From assembly GCA_963844525.1 (NCBI GenBank), contig CAWJOM010000006.1:1368601-1432600 (forward strand): 64,000 bases of DNA, given 5' to 3'. Numbering within the stretch: the first letter of the stretch is position 1; every line of letters starts with the position of its first letter. This document shows, piece after piece, positions 27,676 through 36,630 of this stretch. The notes under the pieces are model-generated. The model was not told the origin of the DNA. It did not search any database and saw nothing but the letters and a program-made list of their open reading frames with translations. A program made the translations under genes and the position numbers. Source of the stretch: an uncultured Acidobacteriaceae bacterium (GTDB lineage: Bacteria; Acidobacteriota; Terriglobia; Terriglobales; Acidobacteriaceae).

Positions 27676-28725
27676 ATGCCACAGGTTTCCCGTCCGCCCA
27701 CTCGTAGCTTTGCCAGCGATAACAATGCCGGAGTGCATCCGGAGGTGCTTGAGGCGATCGCACGCGCCAACCAGGGTCACGTGGTGGCGTACGGCGACGA
27801 CGACTACACGCGTTCGGCGATCGCGAAATTCGAGGAGCACTTTGGCGCGGGGATCGAAGTCTTCTTTACGTTCAACGGCACTGGCGCGAATGTTCTCAGC
27901 TTGCAGTCGATCAACCGGCCGTACCATGCGGTGCTGTGCAGCGAATACGCGCATATTTATACCGACGAGTGCGGTGCGCCGGAGAAGCATACGGGATGCA
28001 AGCTGATCCCGCTGCCGCATCAGGATGGAAAGATCACGCTCGACTCGGTCCGGCACGCCTATCACGGGATCGGCGACCAGCATCACGTGCAGGCGCGCGT
28101 TATTTCGATTACGCAATCCACAGAGATGGGGACGGTTTACCAACCGGAGGAGATCCGGGCGCTGGCCGATTTCGCGCATGCCAACAACATGTTTCTCCAT
28201 GTTGACGGGGCACGCATCGCCAATGCTGCCGCCACACTCGGGCAGACGTTGCGGCAGGCCACGCGCGACCTCGGCGTGGATGTGCTGTCTTTCGGCGGAA
28301 CGAAGAATGGGATCATGGGCGGCGAGGCGGTCGTGTTTTTCAATCGCAAGCTCGCTACGGATTTCCTCTATCTCCGCAAACAGGGGATGCAACTGGCGTC
28401 GAAAATGCGCTTCATCGCGGCCCAGTTCGAAGCTCTGCTCACCAACGACTTGTGGCGGCGCAGCGCCGAGCACGCCAACCGCATGGCGCGGATGCTCGAG
28501 GCCGAGGTGCGGAAAATTCCTCAAGTTCGGGTGGTCTGGAAGGTCGAGGCCAATGGCGTATTCGCGCAGATTCCGCGGCCTGCGATCGCCAAAATCCAGG
28601 AGCGCTATTTCTTCTATCCGTGGATTGAAGAGGAGTGCATCGTGCGCTGGATGTGCTCGTTCGACACCACGGAAGAGGACGTGAAGGATTTCGCCAAGGT
28701 TGTGGCGGAGGCGGTGCGGGGGTGA
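27676..28725 (+). CDS. ltaE: low-specificity L-threonine aldolase
   Basis: ORF trimmed to the ATG at 27676. FASDNNAGVHPEV ... YGDD ... GGTKNG is the beta-eliminating lyase fold. Confidence 0.8.
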   Translation: MPQVSRPPTRSFASDNNAGVHPEVLEAIARANQGHVVAYGDDDYTRSAIAKFEEHFGAGIEVFFTFNGTGANVLSLQSINRPYHAVLCSEYAHIYTDECGAPEKHTGCKLIPLPHQDGKITLDSVRHAYHGIGDQHHVQARVISITQSTEMGTVYQPEEIRALADFAHANNMFLHVDGARIANAAATLGQTLRQATRDLGVDVLSFGGTKNGIMGGEAVVFFNRKLATDFLYLRKQGMQLASKMRFIAAQFEALLTNDLWRRSAEHANRMARMLEAEVRKIPQVRVVWKVEANGVFAQIPRPAIAKIQERYFFYPWIEEECIVRWMCSFDTTEEDVKDFAKVVAEAVRG

Positions 28726-28828
28726 TTCGGGCGCCTATCGGCTATTGCTTTTTAGTCAACGTTTGGCTAAATTGACCCCATTCCCCGCCGGAGTGCGCGC
28801 ACCCGGTTGCCCAATCCCAGGAGCTAGC

Positions 28829-29464
28829 ATGATCCGGAAGTGGTTCGGCGTTATAGCACTGATGGCGACAGCAATCACGTTGTTGACTCTGTCGAGTTGC
28901 GCGCGCAGCCAGAAGCTTGTCGGCATAACGGTGACGCCAACCACGGCTACGTTTGGCGGCGTTGGGGCACAGCTTCAGTTCAAGGCGATCGGGACTTACA
29001 TACACCCCCCGGAAAATAAGGACGTCACGCAACAGGCAACGTGGACGATTGACTCGCAGAATCTGGTGACCTTCGGTACTCCCGGACTTGTGACCGCGAT
29101 CAGTGATTGCGGTTCGGGCAACGTGATGGCTGCCCTTCAGGACGGCGGCAACTACGTCTTCGGGACGGGTTTTGTGTCGGCCGCCGGAGTAGGCACCGGC
29201 GCTTGTACGACGGCGGCGCTGACGGTGGTCGCGTCAGGAACCGGCACGGTGGGAAGTTCTCCTACAGGGATCACCTGTCCGGGAACGTGTTCGGCCGCGT
29301 TTCCTCTGGATTCATCCGTGGTTCTGACCGCCGCTCCGACTGCTCCCGCGACTGTAGTGACGTGGAGCTGGGGAACTGGACTTGCAGGTTGCGTTTCCCA
29401 AACCGCGACCACCTGCACTGTCGCGTTGAACACCAACGAGACGATTATGGCGACGTTCCAGTAG
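28829..29464 (+). CDS. lipoprotein with Ig-like (Big_2-type) domain
   Basis: AGGAG RBS before the ATG at 28829. Lipobox LTLSSC. The LVGITVTP..QLQFKAIGTY pattern is present. Confidence 0.65.
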   Translation: MIRKWFGVIALMATAITLLTLSSCARSQKLVGITVTPTTATFGGVGAQLQFKAIGTYIHPPENKDVTQQATWTIDSQNLVTFGTPGLVTAISDCGSGNVMAALQDGGNYVFGTGFVSAAGVGTGACTTAALTVVASGTGTVGSSPTGITCPGTCSAAFPLDSSVVLTAAPTAPATVVTWSWGTGLAGCVSQTATTCTVALNTNETIMATFQ

Positions 29465-29466
29465 GG

Positions 29467-29634
29467 CTACTCCGGTTCTCCTAACAGTTTGCCCAACGTA
29501 GCCTTGTGTTTCTGCGGCTTCTTCTTTTTCTCGACGACAATTTGTCCGGCGGGAGGCGCGCCGACGCGCTCGCGGGCTAATTCCTTGACGGCGGTCACCG
29601 CGCGAAAGCGTTTTACTTTCTTCTTTCTCGCCAT
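29467..29634 (-). CDS. 55-aa lysine/arginine-rich small protein (below the ORF-track cutoff)
   Basis: My translation is MARKKKVKRFRAVTAVKELARERVGAPPAGQIVVEKKKKPQKHKATLGKLLGEPE. A GGAG lies about 8 nt upstream of the ATG at 29634. Confidence 0.4.
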   Translation of the reverse strand: MARKKKVKRFRAVTAVKELARERVGAPPAGQIVVEKKKKPQKHKATLGKLLGEPE

Positions 29635-29784
29635 GCCAATCTCCGGGTAGCTTCTGGCCTTGGAGCTAGCAAAGAGTGTACCGTGCGGGCCGCGCGTCTG
29701 GAGTTTGGGAACCGGGCACCCTGCGAAATGTGCAATAATCCATAGTCGGACGAAAGCTGATCGCTGGGGCCGTGTGCATGGAGG

Positions 29785-29851
29785 TAGGGATGCTTCGACC
29801 CCGCCTTGAGGAATCGCTTCGCGCTCCTCGACACTTCGCTCAGCATGACAA
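29785..29851. repeat. right-half copy of the 24100-24273 element
   Basis: TAGGGATGCTTCGAC ... CGCTCAGCATGACAA (29837-29851) parallels 24210-24273. Confidence 0.55.
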
Positions 29852-29860
29852 CGGAAACTT

Positions 29861-30133
29861 ATGGAAGAGCGCGAGTTTTTTGACGAGAAGCAGGAAAAAA
29901 AAGTAGCTTCCCTGAATTGCCCTCACTGCCACCAGGCGGCGGACTATGAAGTTACCTGGGTGGTGCGCACGAAGAAGCGCCAGCTTTCCGGCCGGGCCGA
30001 CGATCGCGACCGCGCCCGCTTCGCCAAGTTCCGGTCCTACATGGTGCGCAAAGACGACGTGATGGCCTGCAAAAACCTGCGTTGCCGCAAGCGGTTTGAC
30101 CTTACGGGCCAGTCGACGGTGATCACCGAGTAG
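29861..30133 (+). CDS. small zinc-ribbon hypothetical protein
   Basis: 90 aa with CPHC ... C-x4-C pairs (NCPHCHQ, ACKNLRC). Lies upstream of etfB. Confidence 0.5.
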   Translation: MEEREFFDEKQEKKVASLNCPHCHQAADYEVTWVVRTKKRQLSGRADDRDRARFAKFRSYMVRKDDVMACKNLRCRKRFDLTGQSTVITE

Positions 30134-30244
30134 ACCTGCTGGCTCATCCCGGGTTCGATCCCTTCTGCATATTTTCCCCGTTGCATTTATACTTACAGGT
30201 TTTCCCGATGGCTCGCGAAAGCCATCGGGCAAGGAGTCTTTGTC

Positions 30245-31015
30245 TTGAAAATCCTGGTCTGTATGAAGCAGGTGCCGCAGAAGGATGCACCGCTCAAGCT
30301 CAACGAAAGCGGAGCGTGGATCCGCGAAGATGTGTCGTACGAAGTGAACGAGCCCGACGCTTATGCGCTCGAAGAAGCCCTGCGGCAGCGCGAGAAGCAC
30401 AAGGGCGAAGTCGTCGTGATTACGAGCGGTCCGGCGCGGGCGCAACAGGTGCTGCGCGAGGCGCTGGCCAAGGGCGCGGATCGGGCGATCCATCTTGAGG
30501 ACGACAAATTTGTGGGCCTCGATGCACTCAATACGGCGAAGGCCTTCGCCGCGGCGATCAAAGACGAATCGTTCGACCTGATCTTCACCGGGCTGCAATC
30601 CGACGATTACGGATATGCGCAGACCGGCGTGATCCTGGCCGAATTGCTTGGTCTGCCGCACGCGACGATCATCATGCAGATCGAAAAGACCGACAGCGGG
30701 ATTCGCGTCAAGCGTGAACTCGAAGCCGGGTTCTTCCAGTTTGTCGACATGCCCACGCCGGCGGTGCTGACGATTCAGTCGGGCATCAACAAGCTGCGCT
30801 ACGCCACACTCATCGGCATCAAACAGGCGAAGAACAAGCCACTGCGAAAAGTGCCGCTGGCGGAAGTGCAGTCGGCGATTGGCGAGAACCTGCAGAAGAT
30901 CGAGCGGCTGTACGTGCCGCAGAAGACGAAGAAGACGGAACACATTGAAGGGTCGGCCGGAGAGATTGCGAAGAAGCTGGTCGACAAACTGAGGAACGAG
31001 TTGAGAGTTCTGTAA
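30245..31015 (+). CDS. etfB: electron transfer flavoprotein beta subunit
   Basis: MKILVCMKQVP N-terminus, AAGGAG RBS, TTG start, 256 aa. Confidence 0.9.
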   Translation: MKILVCMKQVPQKDAPLKLNESGAWIREDVSYEVNEPDAYALEEALRQREKHKGEVVVITSGPARAQQVLREALAKGADRAIHLEDDKFVGLDALNTAKAFAAAIKDESFDLIFTGLQSDDYGYAQTGVILAELLGLPHATIIMQIEKTDSGIRVKRELEAGFFQFVDMPTPAVLTIQSGINKLRYATLIGIKQAKNKPLRKVPLAEVQSAIGENLQKIERLYVPQKTKKTEHIEGSAGEIAKKLVDKLRNELRVL

Positions 31016-31111
31016 AGAGTTTGTGTGGGGCCGGGTCTTAGACCCGGCCGCTGAGCAAAGCCCGGCAAGGTTTCGCTAGAAGCCAGGAGCTAGCAGCTAA
31101 GAGCTGACTTT

Positions 31112-32101
31112 ATGCCAGATACGATCCTTGTAGTCGTCGAACAGCGCGAAGGGAAACTGAATCGCGTCTCGTGGGAAACCATCACGGCCGGACAGGCAAT
31201 CGCAGCCGCTACCGGGTGGGCGCTTGAGGCCGCGGTTGTCGGCGCGAGCGTCGCCGCTTTCACTGCCGAAATTGCGGCGAAGAAAGTTGCGAAGGTCTAC
31301 GCGGTCGAGTCGCCGAAGCTCGAGCCCTATACTCCGGACGCTTTCGCGGCTGCCCTGAAGCAGTTAGTCGCCGCGAAGCAGCCCAAACTCGTGCTGATGC
31401 CGCATACGTACCAGGTGCGCGACTTTGTGCCCAAGCTGGCAACTGCCATGGGACGCACCGTGATCAGCGACTGCATCGGCTTTAAGTATGAAGGCGGAAA
31501 GCTGGTATTCACGCGACAGATGTTCCAGGGCAAGCTCGCGGCGGATGTCAGCTTCACCAGCGATGCTCCGTGGTTTGCAACATTCCAGAACGGCGCGTTC
31601 CGCGCTGACAAGGCGGAAGCTGGGGCCAGCGCGGCGCCCGTCGAGACCGTGGCTGCGGAAATCGCCGAGGGCGTGATTCGCAACAAGCCGCAGGAAGTAT
31701 TCAAAGAAGCCAAACAGGCGGTCGACCTCACGCAGGCCGAGATAATCGTGGCCGTTGGCCGCGGCATCAAAGAACAGAAGAACATCGAGATCGCCAAGCA
31801 GTTGGCCGATGCGCTGGGAGGAGACCTCGCCGCGTCGCGTCCGATCTGCGATTCGGGCTGGCTGCCGATGGACCGTCAGATCGGATCGTCCGGTCAGACC
31901 GTTGCGCCCAAGCTCTATCTCGCGCTCGGCATCAGTGGCGCGATTCAGCACATCGTCGGCATGAAGGGTTCGCGGACCATCATCGCGGTGAATAAAGATT
32001 CAGAAGCGCCGATCTTCGAGATCGCCGATTATGCGATCGTCGGGAATCTGTTCGACATCGTTCCGCCGCTGATTGAGGAAGTGAAGAAGGTGAAGGGGTA
32101 A
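31112..32101 (+). CDS. etfA: electron transfer flavoprotein alpha subunit
   Basis: 329 aa. The C-terminal FAD-binding region is IVAVGRG..SGQTVAPKLYLALGISGAIQH. Confidence 0.9.
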   Translation: MPDTILVVVEQREGKLNRVSWETITAGQAIAAATGWALEAAVVGASVAAFTAEIAAKKVAKVYAVESPKLEPYTPDAFAAALKQLVAAKQPKLVLMPHTYQVRDFVPKLATAMGRTVISDCIGFKYEGGKLVFTRQMFQGKLAADVSFTSDAPWFATFQNGAFRADKAEAGASAAPVETVAAEIAEGVIRNKPQEVFKEAKQAVDLTQAEIIVAVGRGIKEQKNIEIAKQLADALGGDLAASRPICDSGWLPMDRQIGSSGQTVAPKLYLALGISGAIQHIVGMKGSRTIIAVNKDSEAPIFEIADYAIVGNLFDIVPPLIEEVKKVKG

Positions 32102-32222
32102 GGTTTCAAAGTTCCACGTTTCAAGGTTTCAAAGAAAAGTGCTTAGGATCAGCGGACCTTGAAAAGGCTATGCTCTGACACCTTGGAAACTCTGAAACTT
32201 TGCGACCTTGAAACTTTGAAAC
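32102..32222. repeat. GTTTCAAAG-periodic inverted arms spanning the whole etfA / ETF-QO spacer
   Basis: The left arm 32102-32134 starts right after the etfA stop. The right arm 32181-32222 ends at the ATG at 32223. GTTTCAAAGTT pairs with AACTTTGAAAC. Confidence 0.55.
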
Positions 32223-33954
32223 ATGCTTTTTTTCCGCAAACCGATTGAAGGCGTTGAGCGTCCGCAGATGCCGGCCGATGTGGTCATTGTCGGCGGTGGG
32301 CCGGCTGGCATGGCTTGCGCTCTGCGGCTGGCACAGTTGATTGATGCGCACAATGCCGCCCATCCGGATTCGCAACTCAGCAAAGAAAACATCTACGTGC
32401 TCGAGAAGGCGCGCGAGGTGGGACAGCATTGTCTTTCCGGCGCGTTGCTCGATCCGCGTTCGATGAACGAGCTGCTTCCGGGATTCGAAAAGGAAGCGCC
32501 GCTCGATGCCAAGGTGATTAAAGAAGCGGTTTATTTCTTCACGAAGAATGGCAAGTTCAAGTTTCCCATCACGCCGCCTTTCCTGCGCGATCATGGCAAC
32601 TATGTCATCTCGCTGAACCGCTTTGTGAAGTGGCTGGGCAGCAAGGTCGAGGAGACGGGCATCACGATCTTCACTGGTTTCGCCGGGTCGGAACTGCTTT
32701 ACGACGGCGATCGCGTGATCGGCGTCCGCACCGACGACAAGGGGGTCGACAAAGAGGGCCATCAGAAATCCAACTTCGAGCCGGGATATGACCTGCACGC
32801 GAAGGTCGTCATTCTCGCCGAAGGGCCGCGCGGATCGCTGACTAAGCAACTCATCTCGAAGTTCGCGCTCGACAAAGATGCCAACCCGCAAACCTACGGT
32901 GTCGGCGTGAAGGAACTTTGGGAAGTTCCGGCGGGACGCATCGCGGCCGGCGAAGTCATCTACACGATGGGTTGGCCGCTCACCACGAAAGAATACGGCG
33001 GAGCTTGGATTTACGGTTCGCCGGGTGCAGGACCAAATGACACTGTCGTTTCGCTCGGATTTGTCACCGGACTCGACTATGCCGATCCGCGGCTCGATCC
33101 GCAGCGCGTGCTGCAGGAGTTCAAAAAGCATCCGTTTGTGGCGAAGCTGCTTGAGGGCGGCAAGATGATCCGCTACGGCGCGAAGTCGATGCCGTACGGC
33201 GGGTGGTGGGCGATCCCTCCCGTGGCCGGCAACGGATGGATGATTCTCGGCGACTCGGCCGGCTTCCTGAATTCGGCGCGGCTCAAGGGAATTCATCTGG
33301 CGATCAAGAGCGGGATGCTCGCGGCCGAAACCGCGTTCGAAGCGCTCACGAAAGATGATTCGTCAGCCGCGACTCTCGGCGCGTTCCAGAAGAAAGTCGA
33401 ATCCAGCTGGATCAAAGAAGAACTGTGGAAGGTGCGGAACCTGCATCAGGGATTCGAGCACGGAATGTTTGCCGGCATGTTCCACACCGGGCTGCAGATG
33501 ATCACCGGCGGACGCGGCCTGCGCAACCGCTATCCCGCGAAAGGCCGGGTACGAGCACATGCGCAAGCTGGCCGATCTTCCCGCGGATGGCGGCCCTGAG
33601 GCGCACCTGCTCGGGCCGGCCAAGGGCGACGGCAAGCTCACATTCGACAAGCTCACCGACCTCTACCACTCCGGCACGAAGCATGAGGAAGATCAGCCAT
33701 CGCATCTGGTCATTCACGATACAAACATCTGCAACACGAAGTGCGTGAAAGAATTTGGCAGCCCGTGCCAGAATTTCTGTCCTGCGAACGTCTACGAAAT
33801 GGTTGACGATGCGAGCCAGCCGAACGGCAAGCGCATCAGTCTGAATCCGTCGAACTGCGTCCACTGCAAGACCTGCGACATCGCCGACCCGTACCAGATC
33901 ATCACCTGGGTGCCACCGGAGGGTGGAGGCGGGCCGAATTACGACGGCATGTGA
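32223..33954 (+). pseudogene. electron-transfer flavoprotein:ubiquinone oxidoreductase (ETF-QO), one frameshift as sequenced
   Basis: Fragments 32223..33599 and 33559..33954. The junction is at GCGAAAGGCC, about 33540-33544 (..RYPAK | AGYEHMRKL..). FAD motif VVIVGGGPAG. C-terminal 4Fe-4[16 protein letters not shown]. Confidence 0.85.
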
Positions 33955-34089
33955 CGCGCCCTAAAAGCTTCTTTGCCACGGATTCTCGCGGATTTCCACG
34001 GATCAACCTGAATGGCGTTCACGGACAATCCACAAACCAGCTACGGGCCAGCGTGTGAGTTGCGCTATGCTTATTGGCCGAGGTCCACA

Positions 34090-34896
34090 ATGCTCTTGAG
34101 ATTACCGCAGCGCCAACTTGCCCTACTCTCATTGATCAGTTTCATGACTCTTTGTGGCGCTCTTGCCCAGACAGCACAAGCGCCGCCCAGCATTCCCCCC
34201 ACAGGTTTTGCCGGCCTCGATCAGTACCGGGCCTCGCGTATCGCTATGTTCACCGACGACTACGGACAGCTTGCGCGCTATCGCGACGCCAATGCCGCGC
34301 TCAAGCCGCCCGCTCCTGGCGAGAACCGCGTGGTTTTCTTTGGCGACTCCATCACCGACATCTGGCATCTCGACGAATATTTTCCCGGCAAGCCTTATGT
34401 CAATCGCGGCATTGGAGGCCAGACCACGCCGCAGATGCTGGTGCGCTTTCGGCAGGATGTGATCAACCTGCAGCCCAAAGTTGTGATTATTCTCGCGGGG
34501 ACCAATGACATTGCCGGCAACACCGGACCGATGCGAATCGAAGACATCGAAGCCGACTATGCGTCGCTCGCCGACCTTGCGCGCGCCAACAATATTAAGG
34601 TCATTTATTCTTCGGTGCTGCCGGTGCACAACTACACCGACAAGTCGAAAGACTTCTTTGCCCAGAGGTCGCCGGAGAAAATTCTTCAGCTGAACAGCTG
34701 GCTCAAGAATTACTGCGCGACTTCTTCCAATGGCTGCGTCTATCTCGACTATTTCAGCGCCATGGTCGACGACAAGGGACTTCTCAAGAAGGACTTGGCC
34801 GATGACGGCCTGCATCCCAATGCGGCTGGGTTCAAGGTGATGGCGCCCCTGGCCGAGGCCGCGATTGAGAAGGCGCTGGCGAGTCAAAAGCCTTGA
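34090..34896 (+). CDS. SGNH/GDSL hydrolase
   Basis: ORF trimmed to the ATG at 34090 with a signal peptide. Blocks FFGDSIT, GIGGQTT, LAGTND and DGLHPN. Confidence 0.85.
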   Translation: MLLRLPQRQLALLSLISFMTLCGALAQTAQAPPSIPPTGFAGLDQYRASRIAMFTDDYGQLARYRDANAALKPPAPGENRVVFFGDSITDIWHLDEYFPGKPYVNRGIGGQTTPQMLVRFRQDVINLQPKVVIILAGTNDIAGNTGPMRIEDIEADYASLADLARANNIKVIYSSVLPVHNYTDKSKDFFAQRSPEKILQLNSWLKNYCATSSNGCVYLDYFSAMVDDKGLLKKDLADDGLHPNAAGFKVMAPLAEAAIEKALASQKP

Positions 34897-35015
34897 ATCC
34901 TCATCGGTCCCGCCACGTCCTATAATGTGAGAGATAAGTTTCCGACCGCCCATGCCTTCGGGCATACCCAGGCTACGGCGGCGAGGGAGGTTTTTTCCGC
35001 GTGTTTGGCGGGGGT

Positions 35016-35085
35016 CTTTGCGTGCTCTCCGGTTAAAGGCCTTTAACCGCGGAGATCGCGAAGAGCCGCCGCAGAGTTCGCAAAG
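35016..35085. repeat. nested palindromic element
   Basis: CTTTGCG (35016-35022) pairs with CGCAAAG (35079-35085). It encloses the near-perfect palindrome CCGGTTAAAGG/CCTTTAACCG(C)GG. Confidence 0.5.
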
Positions 35086-35203
35086 AAAAATCTTCCCGAG
35101 GGTGCTGGTGGGAACGCCGGCGCCTCCCGCGCTTCTCGAGGAGCGCATTGGAAAGGAGACAGCCGCCGGGATGCTCCCGCCTGTTTGTTTTCCGCAACCA
35201 GCG

Positions 35204-35292
35204 TTTAGCTCTCTGCTCTTAGCTTTTAGCTCGACCGCAGCTAAAAGCCGATTGAACTTGAGCTAAGAGCTACAGGCTAATGGCTAAGAGCT
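35204..35292. repeat. AGCT-periodic stop-rich inverted arms abutting the moaA start
   Basis: GCTTTTAGCT (35222-35231) pairs with AGCTAAAAGC (35239-35248). GCTCTTAGC (35215-35223) pairs with GCTAAGAGC (35262-35270). GCTAAGAGC recurs in codons 2-4 of moaA. Confidence 0.55.
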
Positions 35293-36464
35293 TGCTTCTC
35301 CACGACAAATTCGGGCGCGCGATCACCGACCTGCGGATCTCCATTACCGACCGCTGCAACTACAAGTGTGTGTACTGCCGGACGGGAAACGAGGGCGCGC
35401 TCTACGGAGATCTGCCGTTCGACGATTACTTGCGCATGGCGCGGGTGCTCGTGGGAATGGGGATCACGAAGGTTCGTCTAACTGGAGGCGAGCCTCTGTT
35501 GCGTAAAGGTGTCGTGGAGTTCGTGCGTGAGCTTGCGCGGTTGCGCCCTCAGGGGCTAAAGCCCTCATCTTTTTCTGGCGCTAACGGCACGGCTGAAGCC
35601 GTGCCCTTCCCAAAATCCCCGACGGGGCTAAAGCCCAGGTCCCAGAACGGTTTTGAACACGCGGCTAAAGCCGCGCTCTTCCACGGCTCGGCTCACGCCG
35701 CGCTGTATCGCGACTCGGCTCAGGCTGCGTCCGACAAGTGCGACCCGCTCGATATCGCGCTCACCACCAACGGCCATATGCTGGCCGAGATGGCGCAGCC
35801 ACTGAAGGACGCTGGCCTCACGCGCGTCACCGTTTCCATGGATGCGGTCGATCCCGACCGCTTCGCCCGGATTACGCGCGTGCCCAATGGTTACGATCAC
35901 GTGCTGACAGGCATTCGCGCGGCGCGGCGAGCCGGGTTGTGGCCGTTGAAGGTCAACTGCGTCCTCATGCGCGGATTCAACGAAGACCAGATCATTCCCT
36001 TCGGCATGTTCGCGCGCGAAGAAGGCGTGACCGTGCGCTTCATCGAATTCATGCCGCTCGAAGAAGGACGAACCTGGGCGCCCTCGACCGTCGTCACGCT
36101 CGACGAAATCCTGGCACGCATGGCCGAGTACCGTCCGCTGGTCGAGATTCCACACGCGCGTTCGGAAACGGCGCGGCGCTACCGCTTTGAAGACGGCGTT
36201 GGGGAGATCGGCATTATCGCGCCCGTGTCGCATCCCTTCTGCGGACATTGCAGCCGCATCCGCATCACCAGCGATGGCAAGATTCGTACGTGCCTGTTCT
36301 CGGTATGGGATCACGACCTTCACGCGCAAATGAAGCGCGGGGCGAGCGACGAAGCCTTGGAAGAGTTCATCCAGGGTGTGGTGCAGAAGAAAGAAGAGCG
36401 CCACCACATCGGCGAGGCCGACTTCGTTCCGGCGTCGCGGACTATGGTGCATATCGGGGGATAG
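35280..36464 (+). CDS. moaA: GTP 3',8-cyclase MoaA (radical SAM) carrying a ~65-aa insertion
   Basis: ITDRCNYKCVYC radical-SAM cluster, LTGGEPLLR, ALTTNG, and C-terminal CGHCSRIRITSDGKIRTCLF. It is 394 aa, where about 330 aa is typical. Confidence 0.9.
   Translation: MAKSLLLHDKFGRAITDLRISITDRCNYKCVYCRTGNEGALYGDLPFDDYLRMARVLVGMGITKVRLTGGEPLLRKGVVEFVRELARLRPQGLKPSSFSGANGTAEAVPFPKSPTGLKPRSQNGFEHAAKAALFHGSAHAALYRDSAQAASDKCDPLDIALTTNGHMLAEMAQPLKDAGLTRVTVSMDAVDPDRFARITRVPNGYDHVLTGIRAARRAGLWPLKVNCVLMRGFNEDQIIPFGMFAREEGVTVRFIEFMPLEEGRTWAPSTVVTLDEILARMAEYRPLVEIPHARSETARRYRFEDGVGEIGIIAPVSHPFCGHCSRIRITSDGKIRTCLFSVWDHDLHAQMKRGASDEALEEFIQGVVQKKEERHHIGEADFVPASRTMVHIGG
35552..35685 (+). repeat. two tandem bipartite GCT(G/A)AAGC hairpin elements inside moaA
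   Basis: GGGGCTAAAGCCC (35552-35564, 35624-35636), GCACGGCTGAAGCCGTGC (35587-35604), and GCGGCTAAAGCCGC (35661-35674) followed by CTCTTCCACGG. Confidence 0.7.
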
Positions 36465-36630
36465 CTGAACCAGCTGTCAGCTCTCAGCCCTCGGCAAAGG
36501 CATTCCCGCCGAGCATCGCCGAGTTCAAAAAACAAACTGGGAAGGGCATGAGTTCCACTCGTGCCAATTGAGCCTTGGGAAATAGAAGACGCTTTAGCCG
36601 CTGGGGCCTGCTCCGCTTTAAGATGGACAC

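Noticed and set aside
30151-30162. GGGTTCGATCCC, a tRNA T-loop-like string
   Set aside because: Flanking bases cannot form a T-stem or acceptor stem. It lies just after the zinc-ribbon ORF stop.
35171-35266. 31-aa ORF (MLPPVCFPQPAFSSLLLAFSSTAAKSRLNLS) after GGAAAGGAG, considered as a moaA leader peptide
   Set aside because: Most of it is a translation of the AGCT-periodic arms. There is no independent support.
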